Of a stretch of 64,000 nucleotides of DNA, positions 9,214-18,352 are shown piece after piece; position 1 is the first letter of the stretch; the number at the start of each line of letters is the position of its first letter. The translations under genes and the position numbers were made by a program. The notes beneath the pieces are model-generated. The model did not search any database, had not been told where the DNA came from, and saw only the letters and a list, made by a program, of their open reading frames with translations. This DNA is from Clostridia bacterium (GTDB lineage Bacteria > Bacillota > Clostridia > Oscillospirales > UBA644). The DNA lies in the NCBI GenBank assembly GCA_017427285.1, contig JAFRTE010000046.1, forward strand, positions 7,401 to 71,400. Direction: 5' to 3'.

Positions 9214-10191
9214 TCAATCGCCGGCAGCGTTTTCAGCGTTGTCGGGTTTGTATTTTCTTATCGGGATATATTTGCAGACCTGCGAAGTATAGTCCGCATA
9301 TTTCGGGTATTTGCCCGAGGATATCTTTTCGCCGAGCACGGAGCTTCCCATAAACAGCAAAACAAGCAGCAGCGGTCCCGCAAAGGTTATGTGGAATATT
9401 CCGAATTTCGTTACGCCTGCCGCTATCGCAAATATATAAAGACTGAGCCATATTCCCTGCTCGCCCAGATAATTGGGATGTCTCATATACGCCCACGGAC
9501 CAAACGTATTAAAGCCGAGACTGTACGGATACGGCAGGTCGGAAAGCTTTCCCGCCTCTTTTAACAGCGCATTTTTCTCTTTATGAAATGCCCACTGATA
9601 TTCGTCCGAAACCGTTTCGAGCAAAAGGAAAGCAACGGCAAGCCCCGCGGCAATAATATCGGTCAAACCGAACGGAACATCCGATTCCGTGCAGGCAAGG
9701 CAGGGGAGACATATCGCGAGAACGAGCAGATTCTGATAAACGCTTATAAACAGCAGATCAAAAAGCGTCCATGCAAAACCGTGGCTGAAAATCGGGTTTT
9801 TTCTTACTATAGACCAGCGGTAATCTTCGTTGCCTTCCCAGAATTTAAGACGGTATGCGCCTTTTCTCGCAAAATTGACAGTAAGGCGAATGCCCCATGC
9901 GGTAACGATCAGAGCGTATACGACCGTTCTGACGCTCATGCCGCCGTGAAAAACGATCACCCACGCATATATTACGGGCAGCAGGCTCCAAAGCTTGTCC
10001 ATCTGCGAATAATTGTGAGTGATCTCTCCCGCGATAAAACAGTAGGCGATGCTGCACGAGCATATCATCAGCAAAATATTCAGCGTTGCTGTCTGATTTG
10101 CGGAAAAATCGCGTCCGCCCGCCGCAATGCTGAAAAATATCAGCGCGATAACAATACATATACATAAAACAGTAACAATCGTTTTTTTCAT
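9214..10191 (-). CDS. DUF1295 / steroid 5-alpha-reductase-ICMT superfamily membrane protein
   Basis: Polytopic membrane protein with the C-terminal YMRHPNYLGEQGIW motif typical of this superfamily. Confidence 0.65.
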   Translation of the reverse strand: MKKTIVTVLCICIVIALIFFSIAAGGRDFSANQTATLNILLMICSCSIAYCFIAGEITHNYSQMDKLWSLLPVIYAWVIVFHGGMSVRTVVYALIVTAWGIRLTVNFARKGAYRLKFWEGNEDYRWSIVRKNPIFSHGFAWTLFDLLFISVYQNLLVLAICLPCLACTESDVPFGLTDIIAAGLAVAFLLLETVSDEYQWAFHKEKNALLKEAGKLSDLPYPYSLGFNTFGPWAYMRHPNYLGEQGIWLSLYIFAIAAGVTKFGIFHITFAGPLLLVLLFMGSSVLGEKISSGKYPKYADYTSQVCKYIPIRKYKPDNAENAAGD

Positions 10192-10348
10192 TGTAAAACC
10201 ACCGTATCTTATTTTTTTTACATTATACTGTTTTTTTTACGCGTTGTCAAGATAATATTCGGAGTTGTCTTCTCTTTACTCTATTGAAAATATTCAGACA
10301 ATATGCTATAATGAGCCGTATATTTAAAATGCGCGAAGGAGAATAAAG

Positions 10349-11794
10349 ATGTATCTTACCAATTTATACCCGAAGCCGCTCGGTTTTGAAGAAAATGAAT
10401 GTGAAAGGTTCGTTTTCGGCGCAAAACTGACCGCAAAAGTCGAAGGACTGTCCCGCGCGGCAGCGGGGCGGGTAAAAAGTCTATGGCAACACTTTTCATG
10501 CGGCGCCTGTGAGCTCGAACTGACCGAAGGCGCGGACGGATATTCGTTTTCCGTCGGTGAAGTTGAATGCGATCTTAAAAAAGACGATTACTATGCGCTC
10601 TGCGTCGCCTCAAACGGAATTAAAGTAAAAGGACGCGACGAAAAAAGTCTTTTTGACGGGATTACAACGCTGTTGCAGCTTATATGTCCCGATGATCTTT
10701 CCGTCGGAAACGAGTCTCTTTATATTTCAGCAGCGGAAATACACGATTCTCCCGCAATTCCATTCAGAGCGGTACATTTATGCGTTTTCCCCGATACTAA
10801 GCTTTACAATATTGAAAAAGCGATACATCTTGCCGGTTTTTTGAAATTTACGCACATAATCCTCGAGTTTTGGGGGACTTTCAGGTATGAATGTCTTCCG
10901 GAACTGTCCTGGAAAGACAAATCGTTTTCAAAAAAGGACCTCAAATATCTTATAGACCTCATGAGAAGCTACGGCATGCAGCCGATACCAATGTCCAATC
11001 AGCTCGGCCACGCCACACAGTCGCGGGCGCGCTACGGCAGACATGTCGTCCTAAATACAAACCCGCGTCTTTCGCGTTTTTTCGAGCCGGACGGGTGGAC
11101 GTGGTGTCTGTCAAATCCCGATACGGTAAAGCTTCTTCGTGAAATGCGAGGCGAAATGATCGATTTTTGCGGAGAAGGGGAGTTTTTCCATCTCGGTTTT
11201 GACGAATCGTATTCGTTTGCAACGTGCGACAGATGCCGAAAAAAGATCCCGCATGAAATTCTGTCGGACTTTTTGAACGGAGTGACCGAAGAGCTGCTTG
11301 CGGCAGGCAGACGTCCGATAATCTGGCACGATCAGCTGATTAGACATTCCGATTTTTCAAATTTCAAGGAAGGAAGCTACGTTATCGCAAGCGGAGACAA
11401 CAAAAACACTGCAGAAGCGATAGATCATCTGAACAGAGATATTATTGTAGCGGACTGGCAGTACGGTTATACCAAAGGTTTTAACCCTACGACAAAATAT
11501 TTCATCGATAAGGGCTTCGATACGCTCGTCTGTCCATGGTCCAATGCGGAAAACATACTTTCTCTTGCAAACGACGCAAAAAAATACAATGCCTTCGGTA
11601 TTCTGATCACAACCTGGGATCATCTCCCCGCCTGGCTGAGCGACGCTGCGTTTGCGGCGGGCTGCATATGGGAAAAGAGCGAAGAAAGACCCGCTTACGC
11701 AGTCACCGAAGAGGCGGCGATACTGAGAAAACTGTTTGATTCGGCAGGCGATTACTTCTCTTCGGGCTGGAACATGAACGAAGTAATTCAGTAA
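10349..11794 (+). CDS. glycoside hydrolase family 20-like protein (hexosaminidase-like), cytoplasmic
   Basis: IPFRAVHLCVF, THIILEFWG and FHLGFDES (D-E pair as in the GH20 HxGGDE motif). No signal peptide. Promoter TTGAAA-N17-TATAAT upstream. Confidence 0.5.
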   Translation: MYLTNLYPKPLGFEENECERFVFGAKLTAKVEGLSRAAAGRVKSLWQHFSCGACELELTEGADGYSFSVGEVECDLKKDDYYALCVASNGIKVKGRDEKSLFDGITTLLQLICPDDLSVGNESLYISAAEIHDSPAIPFRAVHLCVFPDTKLYNIEKAIHLAGFLKFTHIILEFWGTFRYECLPELSWKDKSFSKKDLKYLIDLMRSYGMQPIPMSNQLGHATQSRARYGRHVVLNTNPRLSRFFEPDGWTWCLSNPDTVKLLREMRGEMIDFCGEGEFFHLGFDESYSFATCDRCRKKIPHEILSDFLNGVTEELLAAGRRPIIWHDQLIRHSDFSNFKEGSYVIASGDNKNTAEAIDHLNRDIIVADWQYGYTKGFNPTTKYFIDKGFDTLVCPWSNAENILSLANDAKKYNAFGILITTWDHLPAWLSDAAFAAGCIWEKSEERPAYAVTEEAAILRKLFDSAGDYFSSGWNMNEVIQ

Positions 11795-11839
11795 ACGGTT
11801 CTCTTTAACCTTTCCCGTAAAGCTGTTTTAAAACCGAAA

Positions 11840-11880
11840 AATCCGGTTTAACATACCGTTAAGCCGGATTTGTATTTTTT
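11840..11880. terminator. bidirectional terminator between convergent genes
   Basis: 13-bp stem AATCCGGTTTAAC / GTTAAGCCGGATT with one G-U pair, followed by TGTATTTTTT. Confidence 0.7.
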
Positions 11881-11888
11881 AATTAGTT

Positions 11889-12680
11889 TTACTCGCCGTC
11901 CTCAATCATTATCCATAATGCGGGGCGGACGCAGAAATCGTCTCTGTCTACGGATTCTCCCAATTCCCATATTCCTCCGTATGCATCAATAATCGAAGCG
12001 TTAAATTGAAAAAGACCGGGCGTGCGAAGCCACCAGACGCACGAAGGACCTTCTTTTTCATATTCCTTCTCCGTCCATTCTCCGTTTTCGTCAAATTCTC
12101 CGTAATACATTTTGTCGTCAACCGTCAGCGCGCCCTGTGAAACGGCGTATGCGGTAGGGTAGCACAGTTTTTTATCAAACGAATAAAAATATTTGTCCGC
12201 CTCTTTTTTGCTCAGAAGAAAAACCCTGTCCGTCGTGTCGTTTCCGCAGTAAGTATAATAGTTGCCTTCTTCATGGTATATGGAGTCTTCGTCCGCAGGA
12301 ACTGTTGAAGTGACTATTATCGTTTGCTCCGTCTCATCAAACGCTTCGTTTATAAAAGTGCCGTTCATCCATTCACGAAGCGAACATGTTTCCCATGTCA
12401 CATCACTCTCTTCAACGTTGTAAGGCATACAGTCAAGAGCGTATCTGCTTATTAAAAGCGCAGCGCCGTTATTTATTTCAATAACTTTCCATTCAATTTC
12501 TTCTTTTCCGTTTTCCAGGTCGTTGTCCTGTTCGTATTTACCGAATTTAATATAATCCCCGACGGCAATTCCCCCGAAAACAGGTTTACTGACATTTGAG
12601 GATGTCTGTCCGTCGCACGATGCCACAATAATCATACAAACTGCAAATATAACGGTAAAAATACATCTTTTAATCTTCAT
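11889..12680 (-). CDS. lipoprotein, DUF6273-like
   Basis: Signal peptide with lipobox IIVASCDG. The pattern FGKYEQ...IEWKVIE...ALLISRYALD...SLREWMNGTFINEAF...RVFLLSKKEA...WWLRTPG...VRPALWI matches what I recall of DUF6273. Confidence 0.5.
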   Translation of the reverse strand: MKIKRCIFTVIFAVCMIIVASCDGQTSSNVSKPVFGGIAVGDYIKFGKYEQDNDLENGKEEIEWKVIEINNGAALLISRYALDCMPYNVEESDVTWETCSLREWMNGTFINEAFDETEQTIIVTSTVPADEDSIYHEEGNYYTYCGNDTTDRVFLLSKKEADKYFYSFDKKLCYPTAYAVSQGALTVDDKMYYGEFDENGEWTEKEYEKEGPSCVWWLRTPGLFQFNASIIDAYGGIWELGESVDRDDFCVRPALWIMIEDGE

Positions 12681-12856
12681 AACATTCTCCTTTGTAATTC
12701 ATTGTGTGTTTCAGGTTTTATTATAATGCTTTCAAGGCAAATTGTCAAGTTTCGAGCGAAAAATCGGTAAAATGTATCTCAAAGTCTTGATTTTTCTTGT
12801 AAAAAAGGGTATAATGACATTAATTAAGGCGAATAAACGTTAAGGGGTGCTGATTA

Positions 12857-13600
12857 ATGGATAACGGAAAAATACAGCGGTTTGCCGAGCTTATAAAAAA
12901 CAGCAACAGCGCCGTTTTTTTCGGCGGGGCGGGCGTTTCCACGGAAAGCGGCATGAAGGATTACAGAAGCAGGGACGGACTTTACAATACCGTAAAAAAA
13001 TACAAAGTATCGCCCGAAACGATCCTCAGCCACAGCTTTTTTGAGAGCCACCCCGATGTTTTCTACGATTTTTACCATAATTATTTCCTCAATACCTCCG
13101 CTCAGCCGAACAGAGCGCATATCGCTTTGGCTCAGCTTGAAAAAAACGGTAAGCTTAAAGCCGTTATCACTCAGAATATCGACGGACTTCATCAGCGTGC
13201 GGGAAGTGTTAACGTTATAGAGCTTCACGGCACAACGCTGCGCCATTACTGCCCTTACTGCAAAACCGAAATGTCAAACGAAAAGATCAAAGAGCTGTAT
13301 GGCGGTGTACCGAAATGCGAAAAGTGCGGACATACCGTAAGACCCGATGTCGTCCTTTACGAAGAACAGTTGAACGAACAGGTTATCGAATCTGCAATCA
13401 ATGCCATTTCGTCGGCAGATCTTCTCATTATCGGCGGCACGTCTCTTGCAGTTTATCCCGCAGCGGGTTTTCTGCATTATTTCGGCGGCGAAAACATCGT
13501 TTTGATCAACCGCGACGAAACTCCGTTTGACAAACTCGCTTCTCTCGTTTTCAGGGACAGCATCGGCGACGTGCTGAGCGAAACAGTAAAGAGGCTGTAA
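12857..13600 (+). CDS. cobB: NAD-dependent protein deacylase (Sir2 family)
   Basis: GAGVSTESGMKDYRS, TQNIDGLHQRAG, ELHG, Zn ribbon CPYC...CEKCG, RPDVVLYEE. TTGATT-N17-TATAAT promoter upstream. Confidence 0.9.
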   Translation: MDNGKIQRFAELIKNSNSAVFFGGAGVSTESGMKDYRSRDGLYNTVKKYKVSPETILSHSFFESHPDVFYDFYHNYFLNTSAQPNRAHIALAQLEKNGKLKAVITQNIDGLHQRAGSVNVIELHGTTLRHYCPYCKTEMSNEKIKELYGGVPKCEKCGHTVRPDVVLYEEQLNEQVIESAINAISSADLLIIGGTSLAVYPAAGFLHYFGGENIVLINRDETPFDKLASLVFRDSIGDVLSETVKRL

Positions 13601-13624
13601 AACCGATAATCAGAGACAATAATG

Positions 13625-13661
13625 ATCAGGACGTTCAACATAAGCCGAATGTCCTGATTTT
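13625..13661 (+). terminator. terminator after cobB
   Basis: Stem ATCAGGAC / GTCCTGAT followed by TTTT. Confidence 0.6.
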
Positions 13662-13711
13662 AATATTTCGAGGGATAGACCTTTCCGTGGGGTGGGAGGA
13701 GATTTTTGCGG

Positions 13712-13739
13712 CAAAAGACGGCGCCTTTGCGGCGCCGTC
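13712..13739 (-). terminator. terminator after the AIM24-like gene
   Basis: 9-bp GC stem GACGGCGCC / GGCGCCGTC, loop TTTGC, with a T-run on the minus strand (complement of CAAAA). Confidence 0.7.
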
Positions 13740-13752
13740 GGATTGTCTGTTA

Positions 13753-14433
13753 TCAGTTTCCGGATTTCGGAAGCACGCGTGATATCGCTCCCGCAAAACC
13801 GCTGATCGGCATTGTCTGAAGTATTATTTTCCCGGGGCCGGTCACAACGGTATTGAAAAAGCTCTCGCCGCCGAAAAGTTTGTTTTTCAGCCCCTGTACG
13901 GATTGAATATCCATCGTGCAGGAGGCGTCCATCATGGCGAGATATCCTGTGTCAACGACCATCTGCTGACCGGGAGCAAGGACGTACTCTATTGCCGTAC
14001 CGTCGATTTCGAGAAACGCAGTTCCGTTTCCGGAAAGCTTCTGCATAACGAAACCTTCGCCGCCGAAAAGCCCCGTTCCGATCTTCCTTTGAAAGTATAC
14101 GGAAAGTTCAACGCCTGTTTCCGCGGCAAGAAAACCGGATTTCTGAACGATTATCGGATGATCGGGCGTGATCTTAACCGCGCGGATCGATCCGGGAAAG
14201 CTCGATGCGAAGGCGATCATACCGTCGCCGCCGCGAGCCGAATAGATATTCTGGAACATGGATTCGCCCGAAAACATACGTCCGAAAGCTTTCCCGATAC
14301 CTCCTGCGCTGGTCTGCATTTCCATGTTAGGCGTCATCCAGCTCATTGCTCCGCCTTCGGAGATAATGGATTCACCGTTTGCAATGCTGCAAATAACTAC
14401 CGGCATCGGTTCGCCTGTGATCTGATACTGCAT
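13753..14433 (-). CDS. AIM24 / TIGR00266 family protein
   Basis: MQYQITGEPMPVVICSI...GESIISEGGAMSWM...NMEMQT and a Gly-rich beta-rich body typical of this family. Confidence 0.8.
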   Translation of the reverse strand: MQYQITGEPMPVVICSIANGESIISEGGAMSWMTPNMEMQTSAGGIGKAFGRMFSGESMFQNIYSARGGDGMIAFASSFPGSIRAVKITPDHPIIVQKSGFLAAETGVELSVYFQRKIGTGLFGGEGFVMQKLSGNGTAFLEIDGTAIEYVLAPGQQMVVDTGYLAMMDASCTMDIQSVQGLKNKLFGGESFFNTVVTGPGKIILQTMPISGFAGAISRVLPKSGN

Positions 14434-14472
14434 TTGAGTTCCTCCGTTAGCTGTAAAAGTTACAGGATATTA

Positions 14473-15156
14473 TCATTTCTTATTAATGGTGATCAGTTTG
14501 TAGCAGATCGCCGCAAGAATACCGCCTGCGAGCGGAGCTACGATGAATACCCAGAGATTTGCAAGAGCGTCGCCGCCTGCAAGAAGAGCGGGACCGAAAG
14601 AACGCGCGGGGTTAACGGATGTTCTGGTAAGTCCTATGCCGAGGATATGAACGAGCACAAGCGTAAGGCCTATTACTATGCCTGCAACGCTGCCGTTTTC
14701 AACTTTGCTTATAACGCCGAGAATTGCGAGAACGAAAACGAATGTCAGAAGGACTTCGATTATCAGCGACGCTATAACGTTGCCGCCCGCAAGACCGTTC
14801 GAACCGAGAGCGCCTGTTTTGTCTTCAAGTCCGGCAAGAGCAAAGATACCTTTGAGGATCGCCGCGCCTGCTGTCGCGCCCGCAAACTGCGCTACGATAT
14901 AAATAAAGAATTCCGATACCGTCATTTTGCCCGATATCAGCATGGCGATCGATACAGCGGGGTTTATGTGGCAGCCCGAAACGTTTCCTATCGAATACGC
15001 CATCGCAACGATTACAAGACCGAACGCAAACGCAGTGAGAATATATCCGCTGCCGTTTACGGCGTCACATCCAACCGTCATTGCGGTTCCGCAGCCGATA
15101 AAAACCAAAACGCATGTGCCTATAAATTCCGCTATCGCTTTTTTCAGTTTTTCCAT
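14473..15156 (-). CDS. aqpZ: aquaporin (MIP family channel)
   Basis: Two NPA boxes (HINPAVS and SVNPARS), six hydrophobic helices, 227 aa. Confidence 0.9.
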   Translation of the reverse strand: MEKLKKAIAEFIGTCVLVFIGCGTAMTVGCDAVNGSGYILTAFAFGLVIVAMAYSIGNVSGCHINPAVSIAMLISGKMTVSEFFIYIVAQFAGATAGAAILKGIFALAGLEDKTGALGSNGLAGGNVIASLIIEVLLTFVFVLAILGVISKVENGSVAGIVIGLTLVLVHILGIGLTRTSVNPARSFGPALLAGGDALANLWVFIVAPLAGGILAAICYKLITINKK

Positions 15157-15381
15157 ATTAATTCTCCTTTTATTATTTTACTTCGCGGCGTTTTGCCGCT
15201 CAGATTGTCTTAATTATACATCATTTTAGCGACAATGTCAAGTTTTTTCGCAATACGATCTGCAATTTGGCTTAATAATTATTTTCACAGTCTTTTTTAG
15301 TTTTATATTGCATTTTTACGGGAAATATGATATAATCCTTAATAATGTTAATTATATAAAGACAAAACAGGAGGTTTCAAA

Positions 15382-16323
15382 ATGGAAATCAAAGCGGTTA
15401 AATTCAGAAAAGACGGGTTTTATTCTCAACCGTTCGCTTTCGGCGGCGAAGAAGGCGCCGATAAATTTGATAAAAATATCCGTTATCGCGGAAGTTTACA
15501 GAATTATCTCATAGATACTGGCAAAGAAGTATTCCTCGTCGATACGGGGCTTCCCGCAGGCACGCCGGAAGAAATTCCAGACGAAAACAGTCCCGCATTT
15601 ACCGGTAAAGACATTTCGTCGTATATGGACGCTCTTTCTGCGCTCGGATACGCTCCCGAACAGATCACTGCCATACTTCTTACTCACAAACATGCGGATC
15701 ATTCGGGCGAACTCAGGTCTTTTCCCAATGCGAAAATTTACGTAAATGCGGCTGAAACATCCGCTGAGGAGCTTCAAGGCATAAACAATATCGTTCCCGT
15801 TCATTTTACCGATGGTAAGTATTACAATTTTCCCGAAAGTCAGAAGATAGCAGACGGTATTTATCTTATCAAAGCAACAGGTCACACAAACGGCAACAGC
15901 ATCGTAATTGTTGAAAACGACGGCCTTTTTTATATGCTCCACGGCGATATTACTTACGTTGACGAAGCGCTTTACGAAAACAAGCTGTCTGTTGTATTCG
16001 ACGACCTACCAGCCGCGCGCAAAACGCTCGACCGCGTACGCGAGTTCATCGCCGCCCATCCTACCGTTTATTGCGGTACTCATACCCCGCAGGGCTACGA
16101 AAATCTCGAAGCGAAAAGGGTTATGGACCTGAACAACCCCGTAAAAACCGTTTTTGCGGAAGTTGATTTCGGCGCAAAAGAGGCGTCAGGTAAATATGTA
16201 TGCTCCGTATGCGGATACGTTTACGATCCCGCAGAGCACGGCGGCATTGCTTTTGAAGACCTTCCCGAAGACTGGAAATGTCCACGCTGCAAACAGCCGA
16301 AAACAAAATTCGGCAAAGCATAA
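15382..16323 (+). CDS. MBL-fold metallo-hydrolase fused to a C-terminal rubredoxin
   Basis: [11 protein letters not shown] (HxHxDH). The C-terminal [13 protein letters not shown]...[12 protein letters not shown] is a canonical rubredoxin CxxC...CxxC. Confidence 0.85.
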   Translation: MEIKAVKFRKDGFYSQPFAFGGEEGADKFDKNIRYRGSLQNYLIDTGKEVFLVDTGLPAGTPEEIPDENSPAFTGKDISSYMDALSALGYAPEQITAILLTHKHADHSGELRSFPNAKIYVNAAETSAEELQGINNIVPVHFTDGKYYNFPESQKIADGIYLIKATGHTNGNSIVIVENDGLFYMLHGDITYVDEALYENKLSVVFDDLPAARKTLDRVREFIAAHPTVYCGTHTPQGYENLEAKRVMDLNNPVKTVFAEVDFGAKEASGKYVCSVCGYVYDPAEHGGIAFEDLPEDWKCPRCKQPKTKFGKA

Positions 16324-16499
16324 GCAGCTTTTTTTCGATGATCGCGCCTCAGGGCATGATTATAATATTATAAACAGGAGAGAACTGTTTGAAAAACTTC
16401 AATTTATCGGAGATAGCATTCTGACCGGGAGGTCTGACAGCTTTCTTGAGGACCTCCCGCGCAAGCAATTGACGTCAACAATTTTCAGGAGGCTAAAAA

Positions 16500-17126
16500 A
16501 TGAATAAAAATGACTTTACGATCCGTTTGGAAAAAGAGGAAGACTACAGACAGGTAGAAAACCTTATAAGAGAATCGTTCTGGAATATTTACCGCCCGGG
16601 ATGCAGCGAACATTACGTTATCCATGTGCTGCGCGGCGATCCTGCATTCGTAAAAGAGCTTGATTTCGTAATGGAATCAAACGGCGTAATCATAGGACAG
16701 AATATGTTTATGAAAACCGTTATCGACTCGGACGACGGAAAAACCGTGCCGGTATTGACGATGGGCCCGATCTGCATAAGACCGGAGCTGAAACGCTGCG
16801 GATACGGCAAGGCGCTGCTTGATTATTCGCTTCAAAAAGCCGAAGAGCTCGGCTACGGCGCAGTCCTTTTTGAAGGGAATATACGCTTTTACGGCAAGTG
16901 CGGCTTTACGTATGCGTCTGAGTTCGGTATATGTTATCACGGTCTTCCCGAGGGCGCCGACGCATCGTTTTTCCTTTGCAGGGAGCTTATCAGCGGCTAC
17001 CTTAACGGAATAACGGGCGTTTACCAAACGCCTCAGGGCTATTATGCGGACGATAACGACGTCGAAGCATTCGACAGAGGTTTTCCGCCCAAAGAAAAAC
17101 TTAAACTTCCGTGCCAGATTTTCTGA
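16500..17126 (+). CDS. GNAT family N-acetyltransferase
   Basis: RCGYGKALLDYSLQKAEELGYGAVLFEG (motif A). SD AGGAGG upstream. Confidence 0.8.
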   Translation: MNKNDFTIRLEKEEDYRQVENLIRESFWNIYRPGCSEHYVIHVLRGDPAFVKELDFVMESNGVIIGQNMFMKTVIDSDDGKTVPVLTMGPICIRPELKRCGYGKALLDYSLQKAEELGYGAVLFEGNIRFYGKCGFTYASEFGICYHGLPEGADASFFLCRELISGYLNGITGVYQTPQGYYADDNDVEAFDRGFPPKEKLKLPCQIF

Positions 17127-17234
17127 CGGAACCGCCGTATCTGCGGCAAAAAAACAGGGGAGACGGCGTCTTGCCGTTTCCCCGAAAGAGTTGTTGACAT
17201 GATTTGATACCGATATTTCGGATAAGGAGAGCAT

Positions 17235-18263
17235 ATGAACAACAGAGAATGGTTTAAAACCGCAGGATACGGCATGATGGTCCATTTCGGGCTTTATTCC
17301 ATGCTCGGCGGAGAATACAGGGGAGAGCGGACGCCAACGTACGGCGAATGGGCTCAGTCGTGGTTCGGCATAAAAACGGAAGAGTATTCCGCGCTTGCAA
17401 AATGCTTCGATCCCGTTTATTTCAATGCCGACGAGTGGATCTCCGCCGCAAAATCTTTTGGAATGAAGTATTTTGTAATTACCTCAAAACATCACGAGGG
17501 CTTTGCTCTTTTCCGTTCGAAAGCGGATAAATTCAACGTTGTTGACGCAACCCCTTTCGGACGGGACATTATCGCCGAGCTTGCCGAGGCGTGCTATAAA
17601 TACGGTTTGAAATTCGGTCTTTACTACTCGCAGGAGCTTGACTGGCATGATCCCGACGGCGGCGGCTACGACAAAAAAGGCGGCTGCTCGGGAAGAGACT
17701 GGTTTAATTCGTGGGACTGGCCCGATATTGCCGCAAAGGATTTTTCACGCTGCTTTGAAAACAAGATAAAACCGCAGGTAAAAGAGATCCTTACCGGTTA
17801 CGGCGATCTGTGCCTTATCTGGTTTGACACACCGGGCGTAATTACAAAAGAGCAGAGTCTTGAGCTTTACGATATGGTCAAGGAGTATCAGCCGGACTGC
17901 CTTATAAATTCGCGGCTCGGCAACGGCGCTTACGATTACGTATCTTTAGGCGACAACGAAATCCCCAAAGAGCCGCCGAAAGATATGACGGCTGAGGAAT
18001 CGGGCGATATGAACGGACTCGGCGGATATAAACGCTCGCCTTACGGTCTTTATGAAACTGCAGCCACGCTCAACGATACGTGGGGCTTCAAATATTTTGA
18101 CCATAACTGGAAATCTCCCGAAACGATCGCCGCAAACAAGCGGCATCTGAACGGAATGGGAATAAACTATCTTCTCAACGTCGGTCCCGACGGACTGGGA
18201 AGGATCCCGTCGTTTTCGCTTGACATACTGCGCCGAGCGCATGAAATTGACGAAAACGGCTGA
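17235..18263 (+). CDS. alpha-L-fucosidase (GH29), catalytic domain only, cytoplasmic
   Basis: GYGMMVHFGLYS, MKYFVITSKHHEGFALFRS, FGLYYS..DW. No signal peptide. Confidence 0.85.
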   Translation: MNNREWFKTAGYGMMVHFGLYSMLGGEYRGERTPTYGEWAQSWFGIKTEEYSALAKCFDPVYFNADEWISAAKSFGMKYFVITSKHHEGFALFRSKADKFNVVDATPFGRDIIAELAEACYKYGLKFGLYYSQELDWHDPDGGGYDKKGGCSGRDWFNSWDWPDIAAKDFSRCFENKIKPQVKEILTGYGDLCLIWFDTPGVITKEQSLELYDMVKEYQPDCLINSRLGNGAYDYVSLGDNEIPKEPPKDMTAEESGDMNGLGGYKRSPYGLYETAATLNDTWGFKYFDHNWKSPETIAANKRHLNGMGINYLLNVGPDGLGRIPSFSLDILRRAHEIDENG

Positions 18264-18352
18264 TTTAAGATATAAATACGTTTCGGGAGCGACTTTTTAT
18301 CCCGAACGGATAGAATTAAGTATTAAAGAAATATGTTTACGGAGTGTAAATT

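Noticed and set aside
13903-15213. 436-aa ORF on the plus strand
   Set aside because: It is antisense to the AIM24-like and aquaporin genes, both of which have unmistakable family motifs. Its composition is Cys/Arg-rich nonsense.
16383-16507. Short frame reading LFEKLQFIGDSILTGRSD... (GDSL-hydrolase-like N-terminus) and a GGGAGGTC/GACCTCCC hairpin upstream of the GNAT gene
   Set aside because: There is only one short motif, no credible start and no downstream continuation. It could be a gene remnant or chance. The hairpin lacks a U-tract.
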